A DNA stretch of 64,000 nt from Ruminococcus sp. (GTDB lineage Bacteria > Bacillota > Clostridia > Lachnospirales > Lachnospiraceae): positions 1,584-65,583 of the forward strand of contig JARHYE010000091.1 in assembly GCA_029258605.1 (NCBI GenBank), in the 5' to 3' direction. Made by a program: the position numbers and the translations under genes. Within the stretch, counting starts at the first letter, position 1. The number at the start of each line of letters is the position of its first letter. Under the pieces are notes generated by a model, which worked only from the letters and a program-made list of their open reading frames with translations, searched no databases and was not told the DNA's origin. This document shows, piece by piece, positions 18,435 through 27,612 of this stretch.

Positions 18435-19523
18435 TTGGAACGTTCGATCAAAAAAAGGAAGTATGATTCGATTCTGATGATAGTTGTATTCATTTTGATT
18501 CTTGTAGGGTTAGTCCTCTTGTATAGCACAAGTGCCTACAATGGTCAGGTGAAGTTTCATGATTCTTTTTATTATCTTAAAAAACAAGGGTTTGCCACAT
18601 TGCTTGGGATACTCGCAATGGTAGTTGCATCAGAGATGGATTATCATATGTTTTTAAGATTTGCAAAACCTGCATATCTGACAGCAGTCATTTTGTCTAT
18701 AGCAGTTATATTTATAGGTGATGAATACAACGGGTCCAAAAGATGGCTTTCTTTGGGCCCGGTTTCTTTTCAGCCGTCTGAATTTGCAAAGATTGCAGTG
18801 ATTTTGTTTTTGGCGTCTATGATTACCCGAAATATAAAATCTATGGGGAAGTTTCGAACACTTTTCAAGGTCATGATTCCGATTCTTCCTATTGTAGCTT
18901 TAGTAGGCGCAAATAACTTAAGTACCGCGATTATCATTCTAGGTATTGCGGTTATACTTGTTTTTGTAGCCAGTCCCAAATATGCACAATTTATTTGGAT
19001 GGGAGTTGCGGGGATTGGTTTTATGGCAATTTTTCTAGCGTTGGAAAGTTATCGCTTGGAACGAATTGCGATATGGAGAAACCCTGAACAATACGAAAAA
19101 GGGTATCAGACTTTGCAAGGATTGTATGCAATAGGATCAGGAGGTCTTTTTGGAAAAGGGCTTGGAAAAAGTGTTCAAAAACTGGGCTTTTTACCAGAAG
19201 CACAAAATGATATGATTTTTTCGATTATTTGTGAGGAATTAGGTCTTGTAGGTGCGGGCCTTTTAATTCTTTTATTTTTGATACTTATCTGGAGATTTTT
19301 TGTGATCGCTGTGCATGCAAAAGACTTAACAGGTGCTTTGATTGCATCTGGTGCAATGGCACATATGATGATTCAGGTGATTTTAAACATTGCTGTTGTT
19401 ACAAATTCAATTCCCAACACAGGGATTACTTTACCGTTTGTCAGTTATGGGGGAACGTCGGTAGTATTTTTGTTAATGGAGATGGGAATTGTACTTAGTG
19501 TGTCGGCACAGCAGGAAACATAA
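18435..19523 (+). CDS. ftsW: SEDS-family glycosyltransferase FtsW/SpoVE
   Basis: TTG start 9 nt after AGGAG. QPSEFAK, LQGLYAIGSGGLFGKGLG, PEAQNDMIF, TGITLPFVSYGGTS. Sits in the position of spoVE/ftsW after murD. Confidence 0.9.
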   Translation: MERSIKKRKYDSILMIVVFILILVGLVLLYSTSAYNGQVKFHDSFYYLKKQGFATLLGILAMVVASEMDYHMFLRFAKPAYLTAVILSIAVIFIGDEYNGSKRWLSLGPVSFQPSEFAKIAVILFLASMITRNIKSMGKFRTLFKVMIPILPIVALVGANNLSTAIIILGIAVILVFVASPKYAQFIWMGVAGIGFMAIFLALESYRLERIAIWRNPEQYEKGYQTLQGLYAIGSGGLFGKGLGKSVQKLGFLPEAQNDMIFSIICEELGLVGAGLLILLFLILIWRFFVIAVHAKDLTGALIASGAMAHMMIQVILNIAVVTNSIPNTGITLPFVSYGGTSVVFLLMEMGIVLSVSAQQET

Positions 19524-19548
19524 AAATTATACCACAGGAGGAATATCA

Positions 19549-20454
19549 ATGGCAAAAAGAAGAAAGAAACAGATTTGGCCTAAAGTAATCTTAACGATCG
19601 TTCTTTCCGTCATACTTTTGTTCATGCTTTTATTGTTACTTTTTCATGTAAAAGAAATGGAAGTACATGGCATAATGCATTCATCGAAGAAGGAAGTTGT
19701 TCAATGGATTAAAAAGGATAAATTAAGTTCCAATGCACTTTATGTGTGGTGGAAATGCAAATACTCAAAGGAAGCCAAACCTGCCGCAATTGATAAAATG
19801 GATGTGAAATTTAAGTTGCCATGGTCGATTCAAGTGAAAGTGGTAGAAAAAAAGCCAATAGGATATGTGGATTATAATAATCAATATCTTTATTTCACGC
19901 AAGGTGGGATTGCAATCTATAGGACGGAACAGAAAATTGAAAATGTATCATACATTGAAGGAATGGAATTAAATGGCTCAAAGGTAAAAATGGGAAAAAA
20001 GATACCAGTGTCAGATGAGAAAGTGTTTCAAAGAATTGTGGATGCATCAGAACTTTTGGAAAAATTGAACTTAAAGCCAGATAGAGTTGTCTGTAACGGA
20101 AATGGGTTAAATATTTATTTCAAAGGAGTAGAAGTGCTTCTAGGAAAAAATGATTATGATGTTAAGTTTGCGCAATTGCCCCCGATATTAAAAATTTTGA
20201 AAGAGAAGTATCCAGGATTGGAAGGGACACTCTATCTGGAACATTATGAAAAAATCGAAAAAGGAATTCGTTTTGTGCCTACAAAGAAAGAGGATGATTC
20301 AACCAAAGAATCGAAACCAACGGAAGAGGAAGAACCTATAGTCAATGATCAAACAGGGGGAGAGGTTCCTACAGAGGGTGAGCAAATAGAAGAGGAAGAA
20401 CCTGCAGAAAACACAGAAGTAATAGAATATACGATAGATCAAGTAGAAGAATAA
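19549..20454 (+). CDS. divIB: cell division protein DivIB/FtsQ (POTRA-containing) with an acidic C-terminal tail
   Basis: Start at ATG 19549 after GGAGGA. Basic N-terminus, TM (VILTIVLSVILLFMLLLLLF), POTRA-like region. Located between ftsW and ftsZ. C-terminus is E-rich. Confidence 0.75.
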   Translation: MAKRRKKQIWPKVILTIVLSVILLFMLLLLLFHVKEMEVHGIMHSSKKEVVQWIKKDKLSSNALYVWWKCKYSKEAKPAAIDKMDVKFKLPWSIQVKVVEKKPIGYVDYNNQYLYFTQGGIAIYRTEQKIENVSYIEGMELNGSKVKMGKKIPVSDEKVFQRIVDASELLEKLNLKPDRVVCNGNGLNIYFKGVEVLLGKNDYDVKFAQLPPILKILKEKYPGLEGTLYLEHYEKIEKGIRFVPTKKEDDSTKESKPTEEEEPIVNDQTGGEVPTEGEQIEEEEPAENTEVIEYTIDQVEE

Positions 20455-20514
20455 ATTTTTCGTTCTCGAAAGAGATGAATTGGATAAAAAAAACATAAAA
20501 TACATAAAAATCTA

Positions 20515-20543
20515 TTGATTATTTGCAAAAAAAACTTTATTAT
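20515..20543 (+). promoter_or_regulatory. candidate sigma-A promoter upstream of ftsZ
   Basis: TTGATT (20515-20520), 17-bp spacer, TATTAT (20538-20543). The region is very AT-rich, so chance matches are likely. Confidence 0.35.
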
Positions 20544-20621
20544 ATAAATATTGAATTATATCGTTCAATATCAATGGGATGTATAAAATAATATAATAAG
20601 ACGACAAAGGAGGAAATATTC

Positions 20622-21791
20622 TTGTTAGAAATTAAAACCAATGAGTCAGAAGCAGCTGCAAGAATTATTGTTATCGGTGTTGGCGGTGGCGGAAATAATG
20701 CTGTAAACCGTATGATCGATGAGCAGATTGCAGGCGTAGAGTTTATAGCTATCAATACAGATAAACAGGCACTTCAGCTATGTAAAGCACCTACATTGAT
20801 GCAGATCGGTGAGAAGCTTACAAAAGGGCTTGGTGCTGGAGCAAAGCCAGAAGTTGGAGAAAAAGCTGCTGAAGAAAGTGAAGAAGAAATCGCATCAGCT
20901 GTTAAAGGTGCAGATATGGTATTCGTTACCTGTGGTATGGGTGGCGGTACTGGTACAGGAGCAGCTCCTGTAGTAGCACGTATTGCAAAAGAACAGGGAG
21001 CATTGACGGTAGGTGTTGTTACAAAACCTTTCCGTTTTGAATCAAAAACTCGTATGTCAAATGCCCTTTCTGGAATTGAAAATTTAAAAGAGAATGTGGA
21101 TACATTGATTGTGATTCCGAATGATAAGTTGTTAGAAGTAGTTGATAGAAGAACTACTATGCCAGAAGCTTTAAAGAAAGCAGATGAAGTGTTACAGCAA
21201 GGTATTCAGGGAATTACAGACTTAATTAATGTACCATCACTGATCAACCTTGACTTTGCAGATATCCAGACTGTTATGAAAGATAAAGGAATCGCTCATA
21301 TCGGTATTGGTTCAGGACATGGGGATGATAAAGCATTAGAAGCTGTAAAACAGGCTGTTGCAAGTCCATTGCTTGAAACTACAATTCAGGGAGCTTCTCA
21401 CGTTATTATCAATATTTCAGGTGATATTACACTTATGGATGCATCTGATGCAGCAGAATATGTTCAGGAACTTGCTGGAGAAGAGGCAAATATTATCTTC
21501 GGTGCTATGTACGATGATTCTGTATCTGATGAAGCAACAATCACAGTAATTGCAACAGGATTACATAATGTAGGTGGAAGTTCTTCTAAGTTAAAAGCAA
21601 GACTTGAGGGACAGCAGATGGTTGGATCTATTCTTCCAAATTCTGATCTTGCAGGTAGAACTCCTCTTACAAGACCAGTTACACCAAGACCTATGCCTAC
21701 AGGAAATGCTCCTGCATATGATCAGACAAGAACGCCAGTAAGCAAAGTAAAAGAGCAGTCTATTAAGATTCCAGATTTCTTCAAGAAATAA
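20622..21791 (+). CDS. ftsZ: cell division GTPase FtsZ
   Basis: TTG start after [31 protein letters not shown] (tubulin signature), NDKLL. Disordered C-terminal linker and conserved C-terminal peptide (IKIPDFFKK). Confidence 0.97.
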   Translation: MLEIKTNESEAAARIIVIGVGGGGNNAVNRMIDEQIAGVEFIAINTDKQALQLCKAPTLMQIGEKLTKGLGAGAKPEVGEKAAEESEEEIASAVKGADMVFVTCGMGGGTGTGAAPVVARIAKEQGALTVGVVTKPFRFESKTRMSNALSGIENLKENVDTLIVIPNDKLLEVVDRRTTMPEALKKADEVLQQGIQGITDLINVPSLINLDFADIQTVMKDKGIAHIGIGSGHGDDKALEAVKQAVASPLLETTIQGASHVIINISGDITLMDASDAAEYVQELAGEEANIIFGAMYDDSVSDEATITVIATGLHNVGGSSSKLKARLEGQQMVGSILPNSDLAGRTPLTRPVTPRPMPTGNAPAYDQTRTPVSKVKEQSIKIPDFFKK

Positions 21792-21810
21792 TCATATAGG
21801 AACTTATTTA

Positions 21811-21838
21811 AGAGAGTACGAAAGTGCTCTCTTTTTTT
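21811..21838 (+). terminator. intrinsic terminator after ftsZ
   Basis: AGAGAGTAC (21811-21819), GAAA loop, GTGCTCTCT (21824-21832), one G-U, then T7. Confidence 0.75.
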
Positions 21839-21903
21839 GTCGAAAAAAATACATATCCGTTTGTCAGTATCTGACAAAATATCTATCTCCTACTACTTAT
21901 AAT
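21838..21903 (+). promoter_or_regulatory. spoIIG-type promoter region: 0A-box plus -35-like and -10 elements with an over-long spacer
   Basis: TGTCGAA (21838-21844) matches the Spo0A-box consensus. Palindrome TTTGTCAG-TAT-CTGACAAA at 21860-21878. CTGACA (21871-21876), 21-bp spacer, TATAAT (21898-21903). Lies 54 nt upstream of the spoIIGA ATG. Confidence 0.45.
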
Positions 21904-21957
21904 AAATATTGTCTGAGTACAAAATCGATTTCGTTTCAGCAGGAAAGAAGGGAAAGC

Positions 21958-22746
21958 ATGTGCTATGAACTTTACATAGATGTGTTATTTCTGGTGAACT
22001 TATTTTTTGATTTCCTATTATTACTTACAGTAAGAAATATTATGAAATATCCGGTTTCATGGGGACATGTTTTCCTAGGAGGAATTACGGGAGCGGCATT
22101 TACTTGCCTTGTGATCGCAAGTTCGTTAGATGGACTCGTGAAACTTATTTTATGTCATGTAATAGTAAATATGATTATGATCAAGGTTGGATTAAAAATA
22201 AAACATGTAGGAGAACTGATCAAAGCAGTTATTGTGCTATATGTGGTATCCATTCTATATGGAGGAATACTGGAATTATTTCATCCCTATTTACATACGG
22301 AAATAATCTATTTCATCATTGCAATTTTATGTGCAGTTTTCATCAGAAATATGTGGAAGATTTTTTTAAAGGAAAAACGTACACAAAATACAAAGTGTGC
22401 GGTTGTTCTACAAGAAGGGAAAACACAAATAAAGGTCACAGCACTTATTGATACAGGAAATACATTGACAGATCCAATTTCCGGAGAGCCAGTAAGTATT
22501 ATTGAAAAGGAGCTGGCAAAAAAAATGTGGAAAGACAAAGAACAAGACAAAGGGATTCGATATATTCCATTTTGTACCATAGAGAGCAAAGGAATGATGC
22601 CTATTTTTCGCATTGAAAAGATGCAGGTAGTAGGAAAAGAAGAAATTTTGATACAGCATCCTATCGTAGGAGTATGTGAAGGGGTGATTTCAGAAGTAGA
22701 AGAGTATCAGATAATCTTAAATCCCGATATATTAGGAGGTTTATAG
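21958..22746 (+). CDS. spoIIGA: sigma-E processing aspartic peptidase SpoIIGA
   Basis: Five N-terminal TM helices ([18 protein letters not shown]...) and the C-terminal [17 protein letters not shown] aspartic protease motif. Immediately upstream of sigE. Confidence 0.92.
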   Translation: MCYELYIDVLFLVNLFFDFLLLLTVRNIMKYPVSWGHVFLGGITGAAFTCLVIASSLDGLVKLILCHVIVNMIMIKVGLKIKHVGELIKAVIVLYVVSILYGGILELFHPYLHTEIIYFIIAILCAVFIRNMWKIFLKEKRTQNTKCAVVLQEGKTQIKVTALIDTGNTLTDPISGEPVSIIEKELAKKMWKDKEQDKGIRYIPFCTIESKGMMPIFRIEKMQVVGKEEILIQHPIVGVCEGVISEVEEYQIILNPDILGGL

Positions 22747-22747
22747 A

Positions 22748-23488
22748 ATGGTAGCAAAAACAACAACGACAACGCATTCAAAATATAATCTATTACCAGA
22801 GATTCGAGCAATTTTTTTTACAAACAAAAAAGAAGTACACTATATTGGAGGTTCGGAAATATTGCCCCCTCCATTAGAACAGGAAGAAGAATCAAAGGCC
22901 ATAGAGGCACTTGGGACACAAGAGGATCAAGAAGCGAAAAAAACACTGATTGAGCACAATCTTCGATTAGTTGTTTACATAGCAAAAAAATTTGACAATA
23001 CAGGGGTGGGAGTAGAAGATCTTATCTCCATAGGAACAATCGGACTCATTAAATCCATTAATACGTTTAACCCAGATAAACAAATTAAACTTGCCACATA
23101 CGCTTCTCGATGTATTGAGAATGAAATATTAATGTATTTAAGAAGAACAAGTAAAACCAAATTAGAAGTTTCCATTGATGAACCATTGAATGTGGATTGG
23201 GATGGAAATGAATTGCTGCTGTCTGATATTTTAGGTACCGACGAAGATACGATATACAAAGATTTAGAGACAGAGGCAGAAAATAAATTGTTATTTAAAG
23301 CAATCAATAAATTATCAGGAAGAGAACGCATGATTGTGAAAATGCGATACGGCATTGGAAGCCAAGACGGAGAAGAAAAAACTCAAAAAGAGGTCGCAGA
23401 TATGCTTGGAATATCCCAGTCCTATATTTCGAGATTAGAAAAAAAGATTATGCAGAGATTAAAGAAAGAAATTATACGTTTTTGGTAA
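22748..23488 (+). CDS. sigE: sporulation sigma factor SigE (pro-sigma-E)
   Basis: Pro-sequence followed by [12 protein letters not shown]. Region 2 ([23 protein letters not shown]). Region 4.2 ([20 protein letters not shown]). Confidence 0.95.
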   Translation: MVAKTTTTTHSKYNLLPEIRAIFFTNKKEVHYIGGSEILPPPLEQEEESKAIEALGTQEDQEAKKTLIEHNLRLVVYIAKKFDNTGVGVEDLISIGTIGLIKSINTFNPDKQIKLATYASRCIENEILMYLRRTSKTKLEVSIDEPLNVDWDGNELLLSDILGTDEDTIYKDLETEAENKLLFKAINKLSGRERMIVKMRYGIGSQDGEEKTQKEVADMLGISQSYISRLEKKIMQRLKKEIIRFW

Positions 23489-23515
23489 ATTGTATATGTA
23501 ATAGAGCATAATAAG

Positions 23516-23524
23516 TGTTATAAT
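23516..23524 (+). promoter_or_regulatory. candidate extended -10 promoter element for the beta-CASP gene
   Basis: TGTTATAAT (TGn + TATAAT) 26 nt upstream of ATG 23550. No good -35 at 17 bp. Confidence 0.3.
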
Positions 23525-23549
23525 AAGAGAAAAAGGGTTGGTGAAGCTT

Positions 23550-25163
23550 ATGAAACTGACATTTATTGGAGCGGCCCATGAAGTGACAGGAAGTTGTCAT
23601 CTTCTGCAGATGGATGGGAAGAATATTTTGATTGATTGTGGAATGGAGCAGGGACCAGACCTTTATGAAAATCCAGGTCTTCCAATTGCAGAATCAGAAG
23701 TAGATTATGTACTTTTGACACATGCCCATATCGATCATTCAGGATTACTTCCACTTCTAACAAAAAAAGGATTTAAAGGTAGTATATTCACCACGTACGC
23801 CACGGCGGATCTTTGTAATATCATGCTTCGTGACAGTGCTCATATTCAAGAATTCGAAGCAGAATGGAGGAATCGAAAAGGCAGACGTGCAGGACAGCCA
23901 GAATTCGAACCTTTGTATGTAATGCAAGATGCATTAGATGCGATTGAGCATTTTGTCCCATGCCAATACAACGAGCGAATTAAGGTTTGTGAGGGATTAG
24001 AAATTCGTTTTACCGATGTAGGGCATCTTTTAGGTTCCGCTAGTATAGAAGTGTGGGCAACAGAGGGAGACGTTACGAAAAAGATTGTTTTTTCAGGAGA
24101 CATCGGAAACATTGATCAGCCAATCATCAAAGATCCGACCTATACAAGTACCGCGGACTACGTGGTCATGGAGTCAACATATGGGAATAGATTGCATTCC
24201 ACAGAAAAACCAGATTATTTGTTTGATTTTTCTAAGATTCTAAAAGAGACATTTGATAAGCGGGGAAATGTTGTTATTCCTTCTTTTGCAGTGGGAAGAA
24301 CACAAGAACTCCTTTATTTTATTCGAGAAATTAAAGAAAAAAACCTTATTCCAGAATATCAAAATTTCGAAGTGTATTTAGATAGTCCGCTGGCAATTGA
24401 GGCAACAAAAGTTTTTTCGAAAAATGTTAGAGAATGTTTTGATGAAGATGCTATGAAACTTGTCAATGCTGGAATTAATCCGCTTGTTTTTGATGGACTG
24501 AAAATTTCCACTACTAGCGATGATTCTAAGCTGATTAATTTTAATGAAAAACCAAAAGTAATTATTTCTGCGTCGGGCATGTGTGACGCAGGACGGATCA
24601 GGCATCATTTGAAACATAATTTATGGCGAGAAGAGTGCACCATTTTATTTGTGGGATATCAGGCAAAAGGGACACTTGGAAGACGCTTGATTGAAGGGGA
24701 GAAGAATGTACGCTTGTTTGGAGAACCAATTGAGGTAAAAGCAAGAATCGAAAGCCTTCATGGCGTGAGCGGACATGCAGATATGGAAGGACTTTTGAAA
24801 TGGCTTGGTGGATTTCAATTACCAGTTTCCAAAGTGTTTGTTGTTCACGGGGAGGATACGGTGACAGATGAGTTTGCTCATACAGTGGAAGAGAAGTTTG
24901 GTTATTCAGCATGGGCACCATATCCTAATGCACAGTACGATTTATCCAAAGGTGAAATGATAAATGAAGGCATGAGAATACCTGTGAAGGCGAAAAAACC
25001 ACTTCAGAAGAAAGCAGACACGGCATTTGAACGTCTTCTTATGGCAGGACGTCATCTGATGGATGTTATTGCTAGGAATGAAGGGATTTCGAATAAAGAT
25101 AAGGCGAAGTTTGAAAGTCAGATTCAGAATCTTGCAGATAAATGGGATGTGTGGGATGAGTAA
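23550..25163 (+). CDS. MBL-fold beta-CASP family hydrolase (RNA-metabolising nuclease-like)
   Basis: Start at ATG 23550 (MKLTFIGAAHEVTGSC). THAHIDHSG (HxHxDH). Downstream beta-CASP-like region (ESTYG, PSFAVGRTQE, VSGHAD). About 80-aa C-terminal extension. Confidence 0.8.
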   Translation: MKLTFIGAAHEVTGSCHLLQMDGKNILIDCGMEQGPDLYENPGLPIAESEVDYVLLTHAHIDHSGLLPLLTKKGFKGSIFTTYATADLCNIMLRDSAHIQEFEAEWRNRKGRRAGQPEFEPLYVMQDALDAIEHFVPCQYNERIKVCEGLEIRFTDVGHLLGSASIEVWATEGDVTKKIVFSGDIGNIDQPIIKDPTYTSTADYVVMESTYGNRLHSTEKPDYLFDFSKILKETFDKRGNVVIPSFAVGRTQELLYFIREIKEKNLIPEYQNFEVYLDSPLAIEATKVFSKNVRECFDEDAMKLVNAGINPLVFDGLKISTTSDDSKLINFNEKPKVIISASGMCDAGRIRHHLKHNLWREECTILFVGYQAKGTLGRRLIEGEKNVRLFGEPIEVKARIESLHGVSGHADMEGLLKWLGGFQLPVSKVFVVHGEDTVTDEFAHTVEEKFGYSAWAPYPNAQYDLSKGEMINEGMRIPVKAKKPLQKKADTAFERLLMAGRHLMDVIARNEGISNKDKAKFESQIQNLADKWDVWDE

Positions 25164-25275
25164 AGAAGACTGTCAAGGTCTAAAAGTTTTAAAATTTTTG
25201 CGATATTAGAATATCTAACAGAAATATTGAGAACCATTCTAGTAAAATAAATGATTATCCAGGAGGGTTCTTGAT

Positions 25276-26055
25276 ATGGCACAGAATAAAGTTGAACTAT
25301 GTGGTGTAGATACGGCAAAGCTTCCGCTCTTAAAAGAAGAAGAGAAGGAAGCTTTGTTTGTGCGGATCAGACAGGGAGATGAAGAAGCAAGGCAACAGTA
25401 TATCAAGGGAAACTTAAGACTAGTATTAAGTGTGATTAAACGATTTTCGTCAAGTAGCGAGAATGCAGATGATTTGTTCCAAATTGGATGTGTAGGGCTT
25501 ATGAAGGCGGTAGACCATTTTGATCCAGATCGACTGGTAAAATTTTCTACGTATGCCGTTCCTATGATCATAGGAGAAATTAGAAGATACTTAAGAGACA
25601 ATAATTCTATAAGAGTAAGCCGGTCACTGCGTGATACGGCTTATAAAGCTATTTATGCCAAAGAAAAATATGTAAAAAAGAATCTCAAAGAGCCTACAGT
25701 GCAGGAAATTGCAGAAGAAATTGGAATTGCAAAGGAAGAAATTGTTTATGCGTTGGATGCAATTCAAAGTCCGGTAAGTCTGCATGAGCCAATATATAAT
25801 GAAGGTGGAGATACGCTTTACATTATGGATCAAGTCAGCGATAAGAAAAATAAGGAGGAAAATTGGGTGGAAGAACTTTCTTTAGAAGCTGCCATGTCAC
25901 ACTTAAGTGAAAGAGAACGTTATATTATTATGCTACGATTTTTTGAAGGGAAAACGCAGATGGAAGTTGCAGAAAAAATTAAAATTTCTCAGGCGCAAGT
26001 TAGCAGACTAGAAAAAAATGCATTGAAAGTGATGAAACAGTATCTTATGGGTTGA
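25276..26055 (+). CDS. sigG: forespore sigma factor SigG
   Basis: VELCGVDTAKLPLL N-terminus typical of SigG. GNLRLVLSVIKRF, FDPDRLVKFSTYAVPMIIGEIRRYLRD, QMEVAEKIKISQAQVSRLEK. Position downstream of sigE. Confidence 0.9.
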   Translation: MAQNKVELCGVDTAKLPLLKEEEKEALFVRIRQGDEEARQQYIKGNLRLVLSVIKRFSSSSENADDLFQIGCVGLMKAVDHFDPDRLVKFSTYAVPMIIGEIRRYLRDNNSIRVSRSLRDTAYKAIYAKEKYVKKNLKEPTVQEIAEEIGIAKEEIVYALDAIQSPVSLHEPIYNEGGDTLYIMDQVSDKKNKEENWVEELSLEAAMSHLSERERYIIMLRFFEGKTQMEVAEKIKISQAQVSRLEKNALKVMKQYLMG

Positions 26056-26133
26056 AATTTTTAAAACTTCATACTATTATAGTCGTAGGCGAGAAAGAAA
26101 AACTGATATACAGACTGCGAGGAGGAAAGCTGC

Positions 26134-26808
26134 ATGTACAAGGCTTGCATATTTGATTTAGACGGAACACTGGTAGATACACTGGATTCCTTATTATATT
26201 CTGTAAATAAGACGATGGAAGAGATGAAGCTTCGTCCGATTACAAAAGAACAGTGTAAAGCTTTTGTTGGAAATGGTGCAAAATATCTATTAGAGCGTAC
26301 ATTAGAAGTGAATGGAGATTTTAAGAACGTAAGAATTTCGGAAGCATTACAGACGTATGGACGTATTTTTCAAGAAGGATGTACTTATCAAGTAGTACCG
26401 TATGTAGGGATTGATGCTATGCTCCGCTCACTTAAGAGAGCAGGTATGAAGCTTGCAGTCTTATCAAATAAACCAGACCTGCAGGCAAAACATGTAGTAG
26501 AAACGATATTTCCAGATGTGATGTTTGACTATGTACAGGGTCAAAAAGAAGGAGTCCCTCGCAAACCAGACCCGACAGCAGCACTTCAGATTGCGAAGAC
26601 ATTTCATTTGTGTCCAGAGGAAGTGTTGTATATTGGTGATTCAGAGGTTGATGTTGCTACGGGAAATGCAGCTCATATGCCAACAATCGCTGTATCCTGG
26701 GGATTTCGCGAAAGAGAAATTTTAATGGAAGCGGGAGCTGTCTGTATTTTAGATGAGCCGCAGGAGATTGTAGAGATCGCCTGCAAGGAACAAGATGATG
26801 AGGTGTAG
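26134..26808 (+). CDS. HAD-superfamily hydrolase (phosphoglycolate phosphatase-like)
   Basis: IFDLDGTLVDT (motif I), LSNKPD (motif II), GDSEVDV (motif IV). Confidence 0.85.
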   Translation: MYKACIFDLDGTLVDTLDSLLYSVNKTMEEMKLRPITKEQCKAFVGNGAKYLLERTLEVNGDFKNVRISEALQTYGRIFQEGCTYQVVPYVGIDAMLRSLKRAGMKLAVLSNKPDLQAKHVVETIFPDVMFDYVQGQKEGVPRKPDPTAALQIAKTFHLCPEEVLYIGDSEVDVATGNAAHMPTIAVSWGFREREILMEAGAVCILDEPQEIVEIACKEQDDEV

Positions 26809-26812
26809 AAAG

Positions 26813-27076
26813 ATGAATGAATACAATGAAGAATGTTTACTTACATTTTTAAAAGAACAATCCAGACTTTTTGATGAGCCAGTAGCTGAGACAATAGAAG
26901 AAGCAGAGGCGTTTTTAGAGGACTGCATGGCAGTAGTTGTTGATTCCATAAAAGAGGTAAGGGAATATTTTGAAGAAAGCGGTGTTGATGTAGATACGAT
27001 GTCTGAAGAAGAATTAGAAGACGCATCAGAAGTTTTCGCACTCCCAAATGGGCAATACCTGATTGTGGAAGGATAA
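26813..27076 (+). CDS. small acidic protein, unknown function
   Basis: 87 aa from ATG 26813 (GAGGTG upstream). Highly acidic with no TM. Directly follows the HAD gene stop. Confidence 0.5.
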   Translation: MNEYNEECLLTFLKEQSRLFDEPVAETIEEAEAFLEDCMAVVVDSIKEVREYFEESGVDVDTMSEEELEDASEVFALPNGQYLIVEG

Positions 27077-27092
27077 TACACATAACAAACAC

Positions 27093-27123
27093 GCCGCAGC
27101 ATTAATCTACTGCGGCTTTTTTT
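27093..27123 (+). terminator. intrinsic terminator; its loop contains the stop codon of the convergent minus-strand gene
   Basis: GCCGCAG (27093-27099) pairs with CTGCGGC (27110-27116), followed by T7. Confidence 0.75.
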
Positions 27124-27536
27124 ATGGCTTTGTTTATAGTATCAAGTATGACTTTGGAAGTGTAGGGTGTTTCTTTGGAAAGAGAAATGTCATCTAAAGA
27201 TTGTTTCTCGTAAATTTGTTCAGCAATATTTTCGATCGCAGGCTGAATCAAAGGAAACATGGTTGTTACACTTTCATTTAAATTTGTGAAGCGGATAGAA
27301 TTAATGTGAGACTCATCGACAGCAACTTCCACCTCCAAATCTGTGTTATTCAACGTGACAGAGGCTGTATACACACCAGGAACGTAATTCTTTTTTGTGT
27401 TCGTGGAGGAGGACTTCTTATCTGGCAAAAACATCACCAGAGCAAGGACAACAAGTAAAAGAGTAAGAAGTGTGAAAATTGCAGTATAGATGATTTCTTT
27501 CATATGAAGAACAATGATTTTTGTTTTTACATTCAT
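27102..27536 (-). CDS. membrane-anchored protein of unknown function
   Basis: Start taken at the internal Met (MNVKTK). One TM (IIYTAIFTLLTLLLVVLALVMFL). Ectodomain GVYTASVTLNNTDLEVEVAVDESHINSIRF resembles FMN_bind-type folds, but no flavinylation motif is seen. Confidence 0.55.
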   Translation of the reverse strand: MNVKTKIIVLHMKEIIYTAIFTLLTLLLVVLALVMFLPDKKSSSTNTKKNYVPGVYTASVTLNNTDLEVEVAVDESHINSIRFTNLNESVTTMFPLIQPAIENIAEQIYEKQSLDDISLSKETPYTSKVILDTINKAIKKAAVD

Positions 27537-27612
27537 ATCGGATTCTCCTATCACATTTTTTATAATTGTATGCGGTCATTGGAAGAAATATGCTTGGACA
27601 GGAGGAAAAAAG

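Noticed and set aside
20550-20569. Inverted repeat ATTGAA-N8-TTCAAT upstream of ftsZ as an operator
   Set aside because: It is a 6-bp AT-rich repeat in a very AT-rich region. Chance occurrence is likely, and no known regulator consensus is matched.
25164-25275. Forespore (sigma-F/sigma-G) promoter upstream of sigG: GAATA (25209-25213) and CATTCTA (25235-25241)
   Set aside because: Both half-sites resemble the GHATR / CATxHTA consensus. The spacer is 21 bp rather than about 17-18, and no better-spaced -35 is present. Not reportable without TSS data.
25239-25601. 120-aa minus-strand ORF overlapping the sigG 5' half
   Set aside because: It is antisense to an unambiguous sigma-factor gene and has no RBS or motif.
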